64,000 nucleotides of DNA from the NCBI GenBank assembly GCA_047150005.1, contig AP038806.1, positions 1,856,001 to 1,920,000 on the forward strand, read 5' to 3'. The DNA is from Nitrospira sp. Lineage in GTDB: Bacteria > Nitrospirota > Nitrospiria > Nitrospirales > Nitrospiraceae. Shown here in pieces: positions 10,086-20,450 of the stretch (position 1 is the stretch's first letter; each line of letters opens with the position of its first letter). The position numbers and the translations under genes were made by a program. Below the pieces are notes generated by a model. It did not search any database. It was given only the letters and a program-made list of their open reading frames with translations, and had not been told where the DNA came from.

Positions 10086-11263
10086 GGAAGGTCTGATTTA
10101 TTCCTCTTCCGAGATATGCTAAGGATGGCGCCTCACTTCTGAGGAGGCACCCCCATGCCGCAACAGACCTTTGCCGAGGGCACGTTCGAACAGTATCGCA
10201 AACCCACCCGCCGCGAGCGGTTCCTCGACGAGATGGATCGCGTGGTGCCGTGGGCGGAGTTGGTGGCCGTGATCGAGCCGGTCTATCCCAAGGCCGAGGG
10301 CCCGGGGCGTCCACCGATCGGGATCGAACGCATGCTGCGCCTCCATTGTCTGCAACAATGGTTCAACCTGTCGGACCCCGCCGTGGAGGAAGCGTTGTAC
10401 GACTCGCGGGCCATGCGGCAGTTCGTGGGCATTGATCTGGGCCGTGAGCCCGTGCCCGACGAGACGACCATCTGCAAGTTTCGGCATCTCTTGGAGGCCC
10501 ACGAGTTGGGGAAACAGCTCTTTGCGCGGATCGGCACGTATCTGGCGGCGCAGGGCTTGACCGTGAGCCGGGGCACCATCGTGGATGCCACCATTATCAG
10601 TGCCCCCAGTTCGACGAAGAATCGTACGAAGGAGCGGGATCCGGAGATGCATCAGACAAAGAAGGGAAACCAGTGGTACTTCGGCATGAAGGCCCATATT
10701 GGCGTGGACAGCCGCACCAAGCTGATTCATTCGGTCGCGGCCACGGCGGCGAATATCCATGACAGTCAGGTGTTGCCCAAACTGCTGCATGGGCAGGAGA
10801 CCCGGGTGTGGGGCGACTCAGCTTATAGCGGGCAACGTGACGTGATGCAGCGCCACGCCCCCAGGGCCAAGAGCTTCGTGCAGACGAAAGCCCATCGCCA
10901 TCAGCCGCTGAGTGAACCGGAGCGGGCCAGGAACCGGACGAAGTCGAAGGTCCGTGCGAAGGTCGAACATGTGTTCTTGGTGATGAAGCGGATCTTCGGC
11001 TGGGCCAAAGTCCGGTACCGTGGGTTGGCGAAGAACACCCACTGGCTCCAGATCAGCTGCGGCTTGGCCAATCTGTACATGGTGCGGCGACGGCTTTTGG
11101 CGGAGACGTAGGGAACGGGGGTCCGGAGACTGGCAACGAGCCATCGGACGGTGGGTGCGCCCCATGAACAGGCTCCCGGACCAGCGGATGCCTACCGGAT
11201 TCGTCCTGCTGATCAGCCCAGGAACAAATTTCTGAGTGGAAATGTGAATAAATCAGACCTTCC
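10086..11263 (+). mobile_element. IS5-family insertion sequence, 1178 bp
   Basis: Perfect 18-bp terminal inverted repeats GGAAGGTCTGATTTATTC (10086-10103) / GAATAAATCAGACCTTCC (11246-11263); CTAG target duplication at 10082-85 and 11264-67. Confidence 0.95.
10155..11111 (+). CDS. IS5-family DDE transposase
   Basis: TRRERFL.EM, QQWFNLSD, VDATII, WYFGMKAHIG, GDSAY, RAKVEH.F, RYRGL. Confidence 0.95.
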   Translation: MPQQTFAEGTFEQYRKPTRRERFLDEMDRVVPWAELVAVIEPVYPKAEGPGRPPIGIERMLRLHCLQQWFNLSDPAVEEALYDSRAMRQFVGIDLGREPVPDETTICKFRHLLEAHELGKQLFARIGTYLAAQGLTVSRGTIVDATIISAPSSTKNRTKERDPEMHQTKKGNQWYFGMKAHIGVDSRTKLIHSVAATAANIHDSQVLPKLLHGQETRVWGDSAYSGQRDVMQRHAPRAKSFVQTKAHRHQPLSEPERARNRTKSKVRAKVEHVFLVMKRIFGWAKVRYRGLAKNTHWLQISCGLANLYMVRRRLLAET

Positions 11264-11322
11264 CTAGGTGTGGATCGTGTCGCCATCCGGCGCGGTCTGC
11301 CCCGGATCAGAAGGCGTAACAG

Positions 11323-13518
11323 CTAGGAAGGACGACCTGGGAGTCGCTGAAGCGCGCGGAGCTGTTGTTCGGCATACGCCAGTTCCTCTGCCGTGAGTTG
11401 GATGTTGCTGAATCGTCCACGGCTATAGAGCTCCGTCAATTGCGAAACCCCTTCAGCAGCGCTCGCCCACTTGGTTGCGACCAATCGTGCGAATTCGAGC
11501 GGTGTCGTGGCGGGAGGCTTCGTGAACCCAGCCTGCGCGACCGTGTGGACCATCTGTTTGTAGATCTTGGTGATCCTCGACTGCTGCCGCTGCGTTTGAA
11601 GCTCCGGGGTGGCGAGAACGCGCAGCATCTTCCTCAGCAGGATGGCAAGGGCGCCAGCACCCAGCAGAGTCATGACGATGAGCGTGACGACGCCGTCCTC
11701 CGCCGCCTGCGCCGGTATGCGCTCCAAGACGGTGAGAACTCTGTTCCCGGTCAGATCCAGCGAGGCGATCCATCGACCGGTCAGATCGCGAACGGCGTCG
11801 CCGATGTCCCGGAGGCTGTGAATCATCGCAAACTGATCCCTCACGCTGTACCGGATGAAGAGGCGATCCCAGTAGAGCCGCAGCGACTCGCTGGCCCGAA
11901 ACAGCGCGTTCAAACTTGATGGGGCGGCGGACGCTCCCGTTGGTGGAGTGGGGTCGAACGTCGTCCAGCCTGATTGGGGAAAGTAGACTTCCACCCAGGC
12001 ATGAGCATCACGCTGCCGGACGGTGAAATACCCGGCGAACTGGTTCCATTCCGTGGCCAGAAATCCCGTGACCAGGCGCGCCGGGATGCCGAGGGATCGC
12101 AGCATGACGACCATCGCCGTGGCGTAATGTTCGCAGTACCCGGACTTGCGGGTAAGAAGGAAATCCTCAAGGGGGTGGAGCGACGTCGTCGTTTCGAGAT
12201 CGAGACTGTAGCGATAGGTATGGAGGAGATGCTGCTGGATTGCCAGGATTCGATCGAACGGCGCGCGGGCATCCCGTACGACATGCTGGGTCAATTTGAG
12301 GATTCCATCGGACAAGTCCGGAAGAGACAGGTACCGTTCCGTCACGGGGCGAGGATAGTCCAATACCATGGCATGTTTCTCATCATCGTCGACGTGGTAC
12401 ACCCGCGATGTGACGGAATACCTGATGCGAGAGGAGGCGGGAAACGGCAGATAAAGCGCTCCCATCCCGTCGGATTGTACGCCGGCAAGATCGCCGCTCA
12501 GATACTCCGCAAAGGGGACCGCGAAGAGCACCGCGGTGTCGAGGGCTTCCAGCAAAATGTCCTGTTGGATGGAGACCGAGGCGACCTGTGCCTGTCGCGC
12601 TCCGGACGGACGGACGACAAATGTCCCGTCGCCGAAGGTTCCGAGATTGCGGCGTCGGATATTCCCGGTGCTCCAGGATCTCCCGTCATATTGATCGTAG
12701 GCAACGCCTCGCAGATACAATCGGTCCGGCACGCCGGCGGGGTGATCCGGAAGTTCGACCCGCATGACCACTTGAGGATCCTGCTTCACCGATCCGATCA
12801 TGCCCAGGTCGACCCGTTCCGCGAAGCCCGTGGTTTTCAGTCCCTCGCCGCGGGACTTCTGAAGGATCCCGACACCGATTCGCGGCAGCAGAAAGAAGAT
12901 GACGAGCGTCAGGCCGAATGTGGCGACGGCGATTCCGTTGGTCAACCAGAAGAATCGACCGCTAATGCTCATGGACGAAGCGGCGCGTTCTCGAGACGGC
13001 GCGGCGGGCGCACCGGTGCGAGTTGTCGCCGCCGCAGCGGCCGGATGCGCGCCTGTCAGATGATAGAGCAGCAGCGTCCACACCGCGGTGAGGAGATACG
13101 AAACAAATACGGCAATGAACCAGGCCTCCGTCGTCAACGCTGCGGAAGCCAGAATGGCCATAAGGCTGATCGCGTATAGTTGGCGAAAGTCGCGACGTTC
13201 TTCCAGCGAGGTCAGTTTGATGATGAGCAGGACGACCAGGAAATGGATGCCCGACGTCAAGAGTTCGCGAGACACCGCGATCAGGTCGATAAGGAAGAAC
13301 GCGAATGCCGAGAGCAAGGCCAGGCTGCGTAAACCGGCCGGGGTCCCGGCAGGTCGAGGAACGACCGCGATCCCTGCGGCATCGAGCACGGCAAGGGTCA
13401 GCGCGAGTCCCGTCATGAGGGCGAGCCAAGCAGGGAGACCATGGCCCAGAATCACTCCGGAGAAGGCGGTGGCCGCCAACAGCAGCGAGCTCAATTTGAA
13501 GGCTTGCTCAAAAGGCAT
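11323..13518 (-). CDS. DUF3488 + transglutaminase (TgpA-like) + DUF4129 membrane protein
   Basis: N-terminal TM segments; GYCEHYA, RLVTGF, AHAWVEVY, FDPTP. Confidence 0.9.
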   Translation of the reverse strand: MPFEQAFKLSSLLLAATAFSGVILGHGLPAWLALMTGLALTLAVLDAAGIAVVPRPAGTPAGLRSLALLSAFAFFLIDLIAVSRELLTSGIHFLVVLLIIKLTSLEERRDFRQLYAISLMAILASAALTTEAWFIAVFVSYLLTAVWTLLLYHLTGAHPAAAAATTRTGAPAAPSRERAASSMSISGRFFWLTNGIAVATFGLTLVIFFLLPRIGVGILQKSRGEGLKTTGFAERVDLGMIGSVKQDPQVVMRVELPDHPAGVPDRLYLRGVAYDQYDGRSWSTGNIRRRNLGTFGDGTFVVRPSGARQAQVASVSIQQDILLEALDTAVLFAVPFAEYLSGDLAGVQSDGMGALYLPFPASSRIRYSVTSRVYHVDDDEKHAMVLDYPRPVTERYLSLPDLSDGILKLTQHVVRDARAPFDRILAIQQHLLHTYRYSLDLETTTSLHPLEDFLLTRKSGYCEHYATAMVVMLRSLGIPARLVTGFLATEWNQFAGYFTVRQRDAHAWVEVYFPQSGWTTFDPTPPTGASAAPSSLNALFRASESLRLYWDRLFIRYSVRDQFAMIHSLRDIGDAVRDLTGRWIASLDLTGNRVLTVLERIPAQAAEDGVVTLIVMTLLGAGALAILLRKMLRVLATPELQTQRQQSRITKIYKQMVHTVAQAGFTKPPATTPLEFARLVATKWASAAEGVSQLTELYSRGRFSNIQLTAEELAYAEQQLRALQRLPGRPS

Positions 13519-14644
13519 GGGTCAGGTCCTCGAGCTGGGCTCCCTCGACGATACGATCAGCCGCGATCGTCGTCCCGCCCCCGTCCGGATCCGTCCATGG
13601 GACGACGGCCAACACATAGCCTGGATCGCTGTCCAGAAGTGCCGACACATCCGGTCCGCTGCCCGGTGGCCCCGTCGGACAGCGCCGACACAAGGCAAGC
13701 AGCCGCATCATGGCCAACAGATGCTCGGAGCCGGCTCCCTGGCCGGAGTCCTCCTCCCCGACGAGGAGCCGAAGAGGAAAATTCCGCTGGGTCAATTGCC
13801 AGAGCAGGGAGGCGACGAGCGTGACGCTCCGTTCAAACAAGGCATCGAGATGGTCGGGAGCCGTGCAGGAAAGGATAATGGTAACGCGTCGCTGGTCCTC
13901 GGCTTCGGTTTCACGCACGATCAGCTGCGCCGTCCGCGCCGTCGTCATCCAGTGAATCGCCCGGGAGTCGTCTCCCGGTTGGTACAACCGCAGGTTATAG
14001 AGCTGCGTCCCGTGGCCCCGGCGAGGCAGGGGCCGGCCCTGTCCTTCGCTGACCAGCTCGTCGACAAAGCGGACCGACAGCGGTTTGACCGGCGGTCCGA
14101 CCAGGACCTCGGTGGCCACAGGATAGAGCGCGCGTTTCAAGAACAGTCCGAACGGGAACAGTGTCTCGGCCCGGATCTGCTCCAGGACGATGCGTCCTCG
14201 CTTCGTCGCCAGCAGAGGATAGGACAAGAGGACGGAGCGCTGCGCGGGCAACTGCCGGACGAAGAGCCCCCGATCGATGTCCGCTCCGCCGAGGACATCG
14301 AACAGGCGCAGTGAAAAGCTGGACAAATGCCTGTTGCGATTCGTCACCGAGAGGGACACCGTCGCAGGGTCATGAGCCATGATGAGATCCGGAGCATGTC
14401 GGTGAAACAACAGACGCCGGAGGCAATGTTCGGAGAGGAATCCGGAGATGATGATCAAGCTCAGCATCAGCGCCAGCAACAGGTAGAACAGGTTGTTGCC
14501 CGTGTTGATGGCGGCGACGCCGATGGCCACGGTGAAGAAGAGAAAGCGGATGCCCTCAGGAGTCAGACGGATCGACCGGCGGGTGGCGAATAGGCGAAGG
14601 CTCGCGCAGAGGAGGTCACGGTAGTGTCGGAGGCCGCGCGTCAT
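13508..14644 (-). CDS. DUF58 domain protein
   Basis: AINTGNNL, FPFGLF, LRLYQPGDD.RAIHW..TAR. Confidence 0.88.
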   Translation of the reverse strand: MTRGLRHYRDLLCASLRLFATRRSIRLTPEGIRFLFFTVAIGVAAINTGNNLFYLLLALMLSLIIISGFLSEHCLRRLLFHRHAPDLIMAHDPATVSLSVTNRNRHLSSFSLRLFDVLGGADIDRGLFVRQLPAQRSVLLSYPLLATKRGRIVLEQIRAETLFPFGLFLKRALYPVATEVLVGPPVKPLSVRFVDELVSEGQGRPLPRRGHGTQLYNLRLYQPGDDSRAIHWMTTARTAQLIVRETEAEDQRRVTIILSCTAPDHLDALFERSVTLVASLLWQLTQRNFPLRLLVGEEDSGQGAGSEHLLAMMRLLALCRRCPTGPPGSGPDVSALLDSDPGYVLAVVPWTDPDGGGTTIAADRIVEGAQLEDLTHAF

Positions 14645-14771
14645 CAGATCCCCTGATGCGATCACCGTAGAGAGGCCGGAGCCCGGCAGTTGTCCCGAGA
14701 CGGCCGGGGCGATGGACGCCGAGCCGCGGCGAAGCGCTATGCCGTGGAATCAGGGCGAGTGTCCATTGTGT

Positions 14772-15713
14772 TCAGACGGGCACGGGAACCGTGTCCACGA
14801 TATCGAGAATAATGCGCTCAGCCTGTTCGAAGCCGTGTGCACGCATTCCGTGGGCGCGATTGAGCATGACTCGATGCGACAACACGATGGGAGACAATTC
14901 CTTGATGTCGTCGGGCAGGCAATAGTCTCTGCCTCGCACGCAGGCCAGGGCTTTCGCCGTCTTGCTGAGAGCCAGCGCGCCCCTGGTGCTGACGCCCAGG
15001 GAGAGGAGTTCGCTGTGACGCGTCGCCTGCACGAGGGCCAACAGGTAATCGGTCAGCGTGTCATCCATATGGATCTGATCTACGCGCCGTTGCAGGGCCA
15101 GTACCCCTTCCACCGAGAGGACGGGATCGAGTACTTCCGCCGGATGCAGGGCGTGAGGTCTGTCCAGCACCTTGCGCTCTTCTTCCGGCGACGGATACCC
15201 GAGACGGAGACGCATGAGGAATCGGTCGAGCTGGGATTCCGGAAGGGGGAAAGTGCCGTGGTACTCGGCGGGATTCTGCGTGGCGATGACCATGAACGGC
15301 TGCTGGAGAGGATGGGTCTGATTGTCGACGGAGATTTGCGCTTCGCTCATCGCCTCCAACAGGCTACTTTGGGTTTTCGGGGTCGTGCGATTGATTTCAT
15401 CCGCGAGGACGATATTCGAGAAAATGGGGCCGGGCATGAATTCGAAGCCCTGTTTCTGGCGGTTGAAGATCGAGACTCCGACGATGTCGGAGGGCAGCAG
15501 ATCGCTGGTGAACTGGATCCGCTTGAACGAGCAAGCCAAAGATCGGGCCAGGCTATGCGCCAGGGTCGTTTTCCCGACGCCGGGGACGTCCTCCAGCAGC
15601 AGATGGCCGCGCGCCAACAGACAGACCACCGCCATCTCGATGGCTTGCGCCTTTCCCTTGATGACGCGGGCAATATTGTCCTGAATGACTTGAATGGTCT
15701 GGGATGAATTCAT
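14772..15713 (-). CDS. MoxR family AAA+ ATPase
   Basis: LLEDVPGVGKT, RIQFTSDLLPSD, LADEINR, ATQNP, LPESQLDRF. Confidence 0.95.
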   Translation of the reverse strand: MNSSQTIQVIQDNIARVIKGKAQAIEMAVVCLLARGHLLLEDVPGVGKTTLAHSLARSLACSFKRIQFTSDLLPSDIVGVSIFNRQKQGFEFMPGPIFSNIVLADEINRTTPKTQSSLLEAMSEAQISVDNQTHPLQQPFMVIATQNPAEYHGTFPLPESQLDRFLMRLRLGYPSPEEERKVLDRPHALHPAEVLDPVLSVEGVLALQRRVDQIHMDDTLTDYLLALVQATRHSELLSLGVSTRGALALSKTAKALACVRGRDYCLPDDIKELSPIVLSHRVMLNRAHGMRAHGFEQAERIILDIVDTVPVPV

Positions 15714-15870
15714 GTCGAAGATGAGGTGCGGTAAAGAATCTGGGGTTGACACGGCCGTGACACCGTGGAGTCTAACAAAGGGTGTGGAGACGGTCAATTT
15801 AACGGCCGATTTTGGCAGCGCAGCGGGCAGGGTGCAGCAGTGACGAGGAGGAGCCGCAGAGGCTGCGCCG

Positions 15871-17187
15871 TCAGCGCGCGGGAATGAGCGTCAGCATCCA
15901 AGGAGGGGCTTCTTCTACCATGACCGGAAATTTGCGGGCGGTGCTGCTGGCCGGCATCCCACTGAACAAGGCGCCGCGCCGAACCTGAATGGACTGGAAG
16001 GCGTAGTGGGCGGCATGAGGAGAGTGAACGGGCAGTACGCGGGGGATCTGGCGACGCAACGGCGCGCAATCGGCCAAACTCAAGGATGCGCCAAGGCCGA
16101 GCTGCGAGAGGCGTGGGTAGATATCCGCGAAGACCGTCTGGATCATGTCTAGCGTGAAGGGGCGGTTCGGCGGTCGATACTGCGGTCCCTCCAGCACCTG
16201 GGACACCAGTTCCCAGAACACCTGATCATCCACGGCGCCAAGGATGCAGATCTGCCCCCGCCGGGAGAGGAGATCGAGCAATGCCAGCGGGCCGCGGATG
16301 TCGAACTTCCACGGCGGAAAGAGCAAGGACCTCTCGCCGTGGCGTACTTCAAGCGCCGGTTCTCCGTCATAGTCCGTCTGATGATAGAGCCCCTTGGTCC
16401 GTTGCAACTCTTCGGCGATGACGTCCTGACCAAGACGCGTGGGTTCATACGCGAAGGTCGGTGTCGCCGGTGCCCAGCAGGTGACGAGGGTATAGCAGGG
16501 GACGAGCTTACCGGATCGGTCCAGACGCTCCAGTGCAAACATGTCCTGACCGGAAAAGAATTGAAATGAAAGATCCGGGCGGGACCGCAGCCGATCCAGC
16601 GTCGTTCGATCCGGGTGCAGCGGGCCACCGAGCTTGGATTGAGCGTGAAGTCGATCGACACCATGAAGTACCAACGTCTTGCCCTGCGCTCGCGCGGCCG
16701 CGGCGTAACGATCCGCCAATTCGCCTGCGAACGAGAGATCGCCGGCACCGAGGTCCAGCAGGGAGGGGGCATCGGCGGCAAGGAGGGCGTCGAATGGGCT
16801 GGTTTCGTCTTGGACAGCGGCCTCCAGAACCGTCGCGGGCAAGGAGGAGGCGGCCGCGGGGAACTCGGAACTGCCGGCCAGATCGAACCAGACGCAAAGC
16901 GCCCTCACGGCTTTGGTGGGGGGCAGTCCCGTCAGCTCCTTCAACCTGGGACCAGGGAGATCCTGGATCCGTTCGACATGACCGAAATTCAATGCGGTCA
17001 GGATCGCCTCGCAAATGGAAGGCGGAAGGTCCACGCGACGGACTTCTTCGGTCAAACGCTGGAGTGTCTCCGGCAGCCGACCGGCCCCCACCAATTTGCG
17101 GGAGCTTTCCCATTCAAGGTCGCGCTCCTGCAGGAGTCTGGTCACCTGTGAGCGAAAGTCTGCCAATGCCTGGGCTTGGGGATTCAT
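15871..17187 (-). CDS. Hypothetical protein with class I SAM-methyltransferase-like motif
   Basis: LLDLGAGDLSF glycine motif followed by LHGVD; long ORF. Confidence 0.65.
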   Translation of the reverse strand: MNPQAQALADFRSQVTRLLQERDLEWESSRKLVGAGRLPETLQRLTEEVRRVDLPPSICEAILTALNFGHVERIQDLPGPRLKELTGLPPTKAVRALCVWFDLAGSSEFPAAASSLPATVLEAAVQDETSPFDALLAADAPSLLDLGAGDLSFAGELADRYAAAARAQGKTLVLHGVDRLHAQSKLGGPLHPDRTTLDRLRSRPDLSFQFFSGQDMFALERLDRSGKLVPCYTLVTCWAPATPTFAYEPTRLGQDVIAEELQRTKGLYHQTDYDGEPALEVRHGERSLLFPPWKFDIRGPLALLDLLSRRGQICILGAVDDQVFWELVSQVLEGPQYRPPNRPFTLDMIQTVFADIYPRLSQLGLGASLSLADCAPLRRQIPRVLPVHSPHAAHYAFQSIQVRRGALFSGMPASSTARKFPVMVEEAPPWMLTLIPAR

Positions 17188-17321
17188 GACGATCGGGGTG
17201 TTTCGCACGGGTCAGGATGGAGACGCTGTTCAGAGGGCATTCGGCAGCATAGCGATCCTCGCAATGGAGGGTCAAGGTCGGCGGTTGCCGTCGACCGGGA
17301 CCTATGTTAGGGGTGAAGGTC

Positions 17322-18338
17322 ATGAGATCCACACTGGCAACCTTGATCCTTCCGTCCCGCGGTTGGTGGCGGACCGCGATCGGGCTTGTGCTCTTGTCCT
17401 GGATGACGGCCTGTGCCGGCGTCGAACGGCACGAGTCGGCTCATTCGGGCGGGCCCGTGCCCGTCTTTCAGATGGGACAGATCATCGAGACGGTCACCGG
17501 CCGGACTCTGTCATTGGAGCAGCTGAGGCGAATGCTGCGCGAACAGGAGGTCATTTATCTTGGAGAAGAACATCACAACCGATTCCATATCGAATCGGCC
17601 CGCATGGTCATCGACGGTCTGATCACCGGAGGGCGCCGGCCTGTCCTCGCCATGGAAATGTTCGGCTGGGACGGTCAGGCCGCTCTCGATCAGTATCTCG
17701 GTCCTGAGCATCTCGGCCGTGAGGAGTTCCTTGCGGCGGTCCGATGGAAGCAAAATTGGGGCGGTCCGTTCGAGGATTATGAGCCGTTGGTCCAGCTTGC
17801 CAAGGAGCGGCATCTTTCGCTGGTCGCGATGAATCCTCCGAAGATGGTGGTTAGGAATGTGGCCAAACAGGGACTCGAGCAGGCTCGACGGAGCGCCGAG
17901 ATGGAGCAGTGGGACATGCAGGACGAGACCTTCGTCGAGGACCCGGCGTACCGCGCCCGCATCCTGCATCAATTGAAAGCCTGTCATGACGGTGGGCAGG
18001 ACGCCATGTATCAGGCGATGTACGAGGCGTCCATGGTGCGGGACGAGGGGATGGCCAGGACCCTCGCGGTACAGGTTCGGCGTGTACGGGAGGGAAATGA
18101 TCGTGCGGCCGGTCCGGTGGTGAGCTATACCGGAGGCGGCCATGTCCAATACAACCTGCCGGTTCCCAAGAGGGTTGCGCGGCGGCTAGAGGGAGAGGTC
18201 CGGCAGGTGAGCCTCTACATGACGTCTTTCGATGAGGAGCGCACCGAAGAGATCCGCGAGATGCTCAGCGACAAGATCGCGGACTATGTGTGGCTCACGG
18301 CCGTCGGCCCACAGGGGCCCCCTCACCGATGCCGGTAG
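17322..18338 (+). CDS. ChaN family (heme/iron uptake-like) lipoprotein
   Basis: Lipobox MTAC; IYLGEEHHN..H, LAMEMF, RDEGMA, TGGGHV. Confidence 0.85.
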   Translation: MRSTLATLILPSRGWWRTAIGLVLLSWMTACAGVERHESAHSGGPVPVFQMGQIIETVTGRTLSLEQLRRMLREQEVIYLGEEHHNRFHIESARMVIDGLITGGRRPVLAMEMFGWDGQAALDQYLGPEHLGREEFLAAVRWKQNWGGPFEDYEPLVQLAKERHLSLVAMNPPKMVVRNVAKQGLEQARRSAEMEQWDMQDETFVEDPAYRARILHQLKACHDGGQDAMYQAMYEASMVRDEGMARTLAVQVRRVREGNDRAAGPVVSYTGGGHVQYNLPVPKRVARRLEGEVRQVSLYMTSFDEERTEEIREMLSDKIADYVWLTAVGPQGPPHRCR

Positions 18339-18453
18339 CAGGATTCGGCAGCCGGACGTGAGGAAGCGTCGAATGCTTGACAGCTTTACCCGAGCGGCTT
18401 CACACTAAGCCCGGGCGGCAAGGCTATGGCCCGCCGCAGCGGGTACTGACCTC

Positions 18454-19359
18454 ATGCGAAACAAGATTCCCTGTTCCGCCGAACGTCTGAGCCTCTTGGA
18501 TCCCCCGATGATCCAAGGCGTCGTCGACCGTAATGCCTTCCATATCGGCAATCAGTACCTTTCCGAGAACCGCGTTCGGATCGTCGAGGCCGACGATTCC
18601 CAGATTTCCTCCGCCGTGATCGGCAATTCCGGCCTCTATGAACAGACGATCAAGCTGAAGGACGGTCACCTCGTGTCGCGGTGCAGTTGCTCCTTGCCGG
18701 AGGAACCGATGTGCCGGCATTGCATCGCCGTGCTGCTGGAATATCACCGCTGGGTTCAGCCGAAGTCTCAGAGCAGAAGGCCCAAGCAGCCGTCCACCTC
18801 CCAGGCCGCCGCCGCATCGGAAGCAAACGGCGGCGGAGCACCAGCCGCGGCGTCCCACGGCGGACCGGATCTGAAGCTCAGTGAGGTCATGGCGTTTATC
18901 GAGTGGCTTCAGCCGGCGATGAAAGCTATAGGAGAGGGACAGGCTCTCCCCGATTCAAGCCGGGTTTCGGGCGAGGTCGGAGCGTGGATTCAGACCATTC
19001 GAAGCCTGGATGAACGACGGCAGGAGAGCGAAGAGCGTCAATCGACGATGGAGTTGGAGCGGCGCGACAGAGAGGCCTATGTCGGGCGTCTGACTCAGCA
19101 AGTGCAAACCTCAATGGCCGAGGTCCAGGCCGCGCAGCAGGCGAGCCAGCAGTTGCAGCAGGAAATCACCACGTATCAGGACATGTTTGCCAAGATTGCC
19201 GACCTTGCCTCGGAGGTCGCCGGCTACGACAGCCAGATTAAGTCGATTTCCGGGGAATTGCTGGCGAAGGGGGCTCAACTCGACAAGCTTGCCGCCTCCT
19301 TTCGGGAGGTCGCGACCGCCTTGAAGACCGGTCAACGATCCGGTTCCCAGGCCTCCTGA
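18454..19359 (+). CDS. SWIM zinc finger protein with C-terminal coiled coil
   Basis: CSC...MCRHCIAVLL SWIM motif. Confidence 0.8.
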   Translation: MRNKIPCSAERLSLLDPPMIQGVVDRNAFHIGNQYLSENRVRIVEADDSQISSAVIGNSGLYEQTIKLKDGHLVSRCSCSLPEEPMCRHCIAVLLEYHRWVQPKSQSRRPKQPSTSQAAAASEANGGGAPAAASHGGPDLKLSEVMAFIEWLQPAMKAIGEGQALPDSSRVSGEVGAWIQTIRSLDERRQESEERQSTMELERRDREAYVGRLTQQVQTSMAEVQAAQQASQQLQQEITTYQDMFAKIADLASEVAGYDSQIKSISGELLAKGAQLDKLAASFREVATALKTGQRSGSQAS

Positions 19360-19458
19360 ATCGTCCCTCCCTCTCCTCCCGGTCCCCTTGCGTCCCAGAG
19401 GTCAAATTCAGTAGAATGCAGGCTCTTTTCAGTGCTCGAATCTGAGGAGGACGGTATT

Positions 19459-19647
19459 ATGAGAAAACTGATGACGCAAGTGGGTTCGACGGCGTTCGTG
19501 CTCCTGGCTGTGGCGGCACCGGTCCTGGCCAATGCGCCGGCGGGTGAAGGACCGCCGGACTATTCCGGGATCACCGGTATGTATTATACGCTGATCGGGA
19601 TCATCCTTGCCTACGGAGTCTACGATACGTTCTTGAAAAAGAACTGA
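19459..19647 (+). CDS. Small single-pass membrane protein with signal peptide
   Basis: GAGGAGG RBS; signal peptide ending VLA; C-terminal TM helix followed by KK. Confidence 0.75.
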   Translation: MRKLMTQVGSTAFVLLAVAAPVLANAPAGEGPPDYSGITGMYYTLIGIILAYGVYDTFLKKN

Positions 19648-19670
19648 CGAGTGCTTTGACGACAGCGAAG

Positions 19671-19706
19671 CGGACATCCGGCTCGGAGGCCTCGGGCCGG
19701 TGTCCG
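19671..19706. terminator. GC-rich hairpin between convergent genes
   Basis: CGGACA-TCCGGCTCG...CGGGCCGG-TGTCCG imperfect inverted repeat; no clear U tract. Confidence 0.4.
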
Positions 19707-19743
19707 TATTGCCGTCCCCACCACCGTATCTCCCGGGCTTCCG

Positions 19744-20400
19744 CTATTTCTTCAGAAGCGGCTTCAGCGATTCGATCATGTTTTCCACGATGACGCGATA
19801 CCCTTCTGCCGTGGGATGGATGCCGTCCGCCTGATTGAGCTCGGTCTCGCCCGCAATCCCGTCCAGAAAGAAGGGGATCAGCGTGAGGTGATAGCGGCGC
19901 GCCAGCGCCGGATAGATCTCTTCGAACCCTTGCGTATATTCTTGCCCGTAGTTGGGCGGGAGTTTCATGCCGGCCAGCACGACCGTAACCGAGGCCTGCT
20001 GCAACTGCTCAATGATCAGCTCAAGATTGTGTCTGGTTTGGGCAAGGCTCAGCCCGCGCAGCCCGTCGTTGGCACCCAATTCAAGAATGACCAGGGTCGG
20101 CTTGCTGTTGAGGATCCAACGGACGCGCCGCAGGCCTCCTGCGGTCGTGTCTCCGCTGACTCCGGCGTTGATCACACGGTACCGAAATCCGGCTGTATCC
20201 AACCGGCGCTGGAGTTGAGCGGGATAGGCGTCCTCCGCCGCCACCCCCGATCCGGCCGTCAAGCTGTTTCCGAATGCCACGAGTCTGGGGCGAGCATCGA
20301 CCGGCGCTTCGGCGAGGGTCGGTGCAGCTGCCGCACCGAAGAGCGACGCGGCGGCGACGATCAGACAGCCGATGGCGGTTGCGATGTGCAGGGAGGCCAT
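19744..20400 (-). CDS. tesA: Arylesterase / acyl-CoA thioesterase I (SGNH/GDSL)
   Basis: FGNSLTAG, NAGVSGDTT, ELGANDG, DGIHP; divergent from ybbA. Confidence 0.85.
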   Translation of the reverse strand: MASLHIATAIGCLIVAAASLFGAAAAPTLAEAPVDARPRLVAFGNSLTAGSGVAAEDAYPAQLQRRLDTAGFRYRVINAGVSGDTTAGGLRRVRWILNSKPTLVILELGANDGLRGLSLAQTRHNLELIIEQLQQASVTVVLAGMKLPPNYGQEYTQGFEEIYPALARRYHLTLIPFFLDGIAGETELNQADGIHPTAEGYRVIVENMIESLKPLLKK

Positions 20401-20450
20401 AGAACTTCAGTATAATAACATCGGCGCAACGGACTTTGGAGAACCGGCTT

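Noticed and set aside
9899..11267. tRNA-anchored genomic island
   Set aside because: No integrase and no duplicated tRNA 3' end seen; only an IS lies downstream.
11974..14314. Long plus-strand ORFs (401 and 408 aa)
   Set aside because: Antisense to the well-supported transglutaminase and DUF58 genes.
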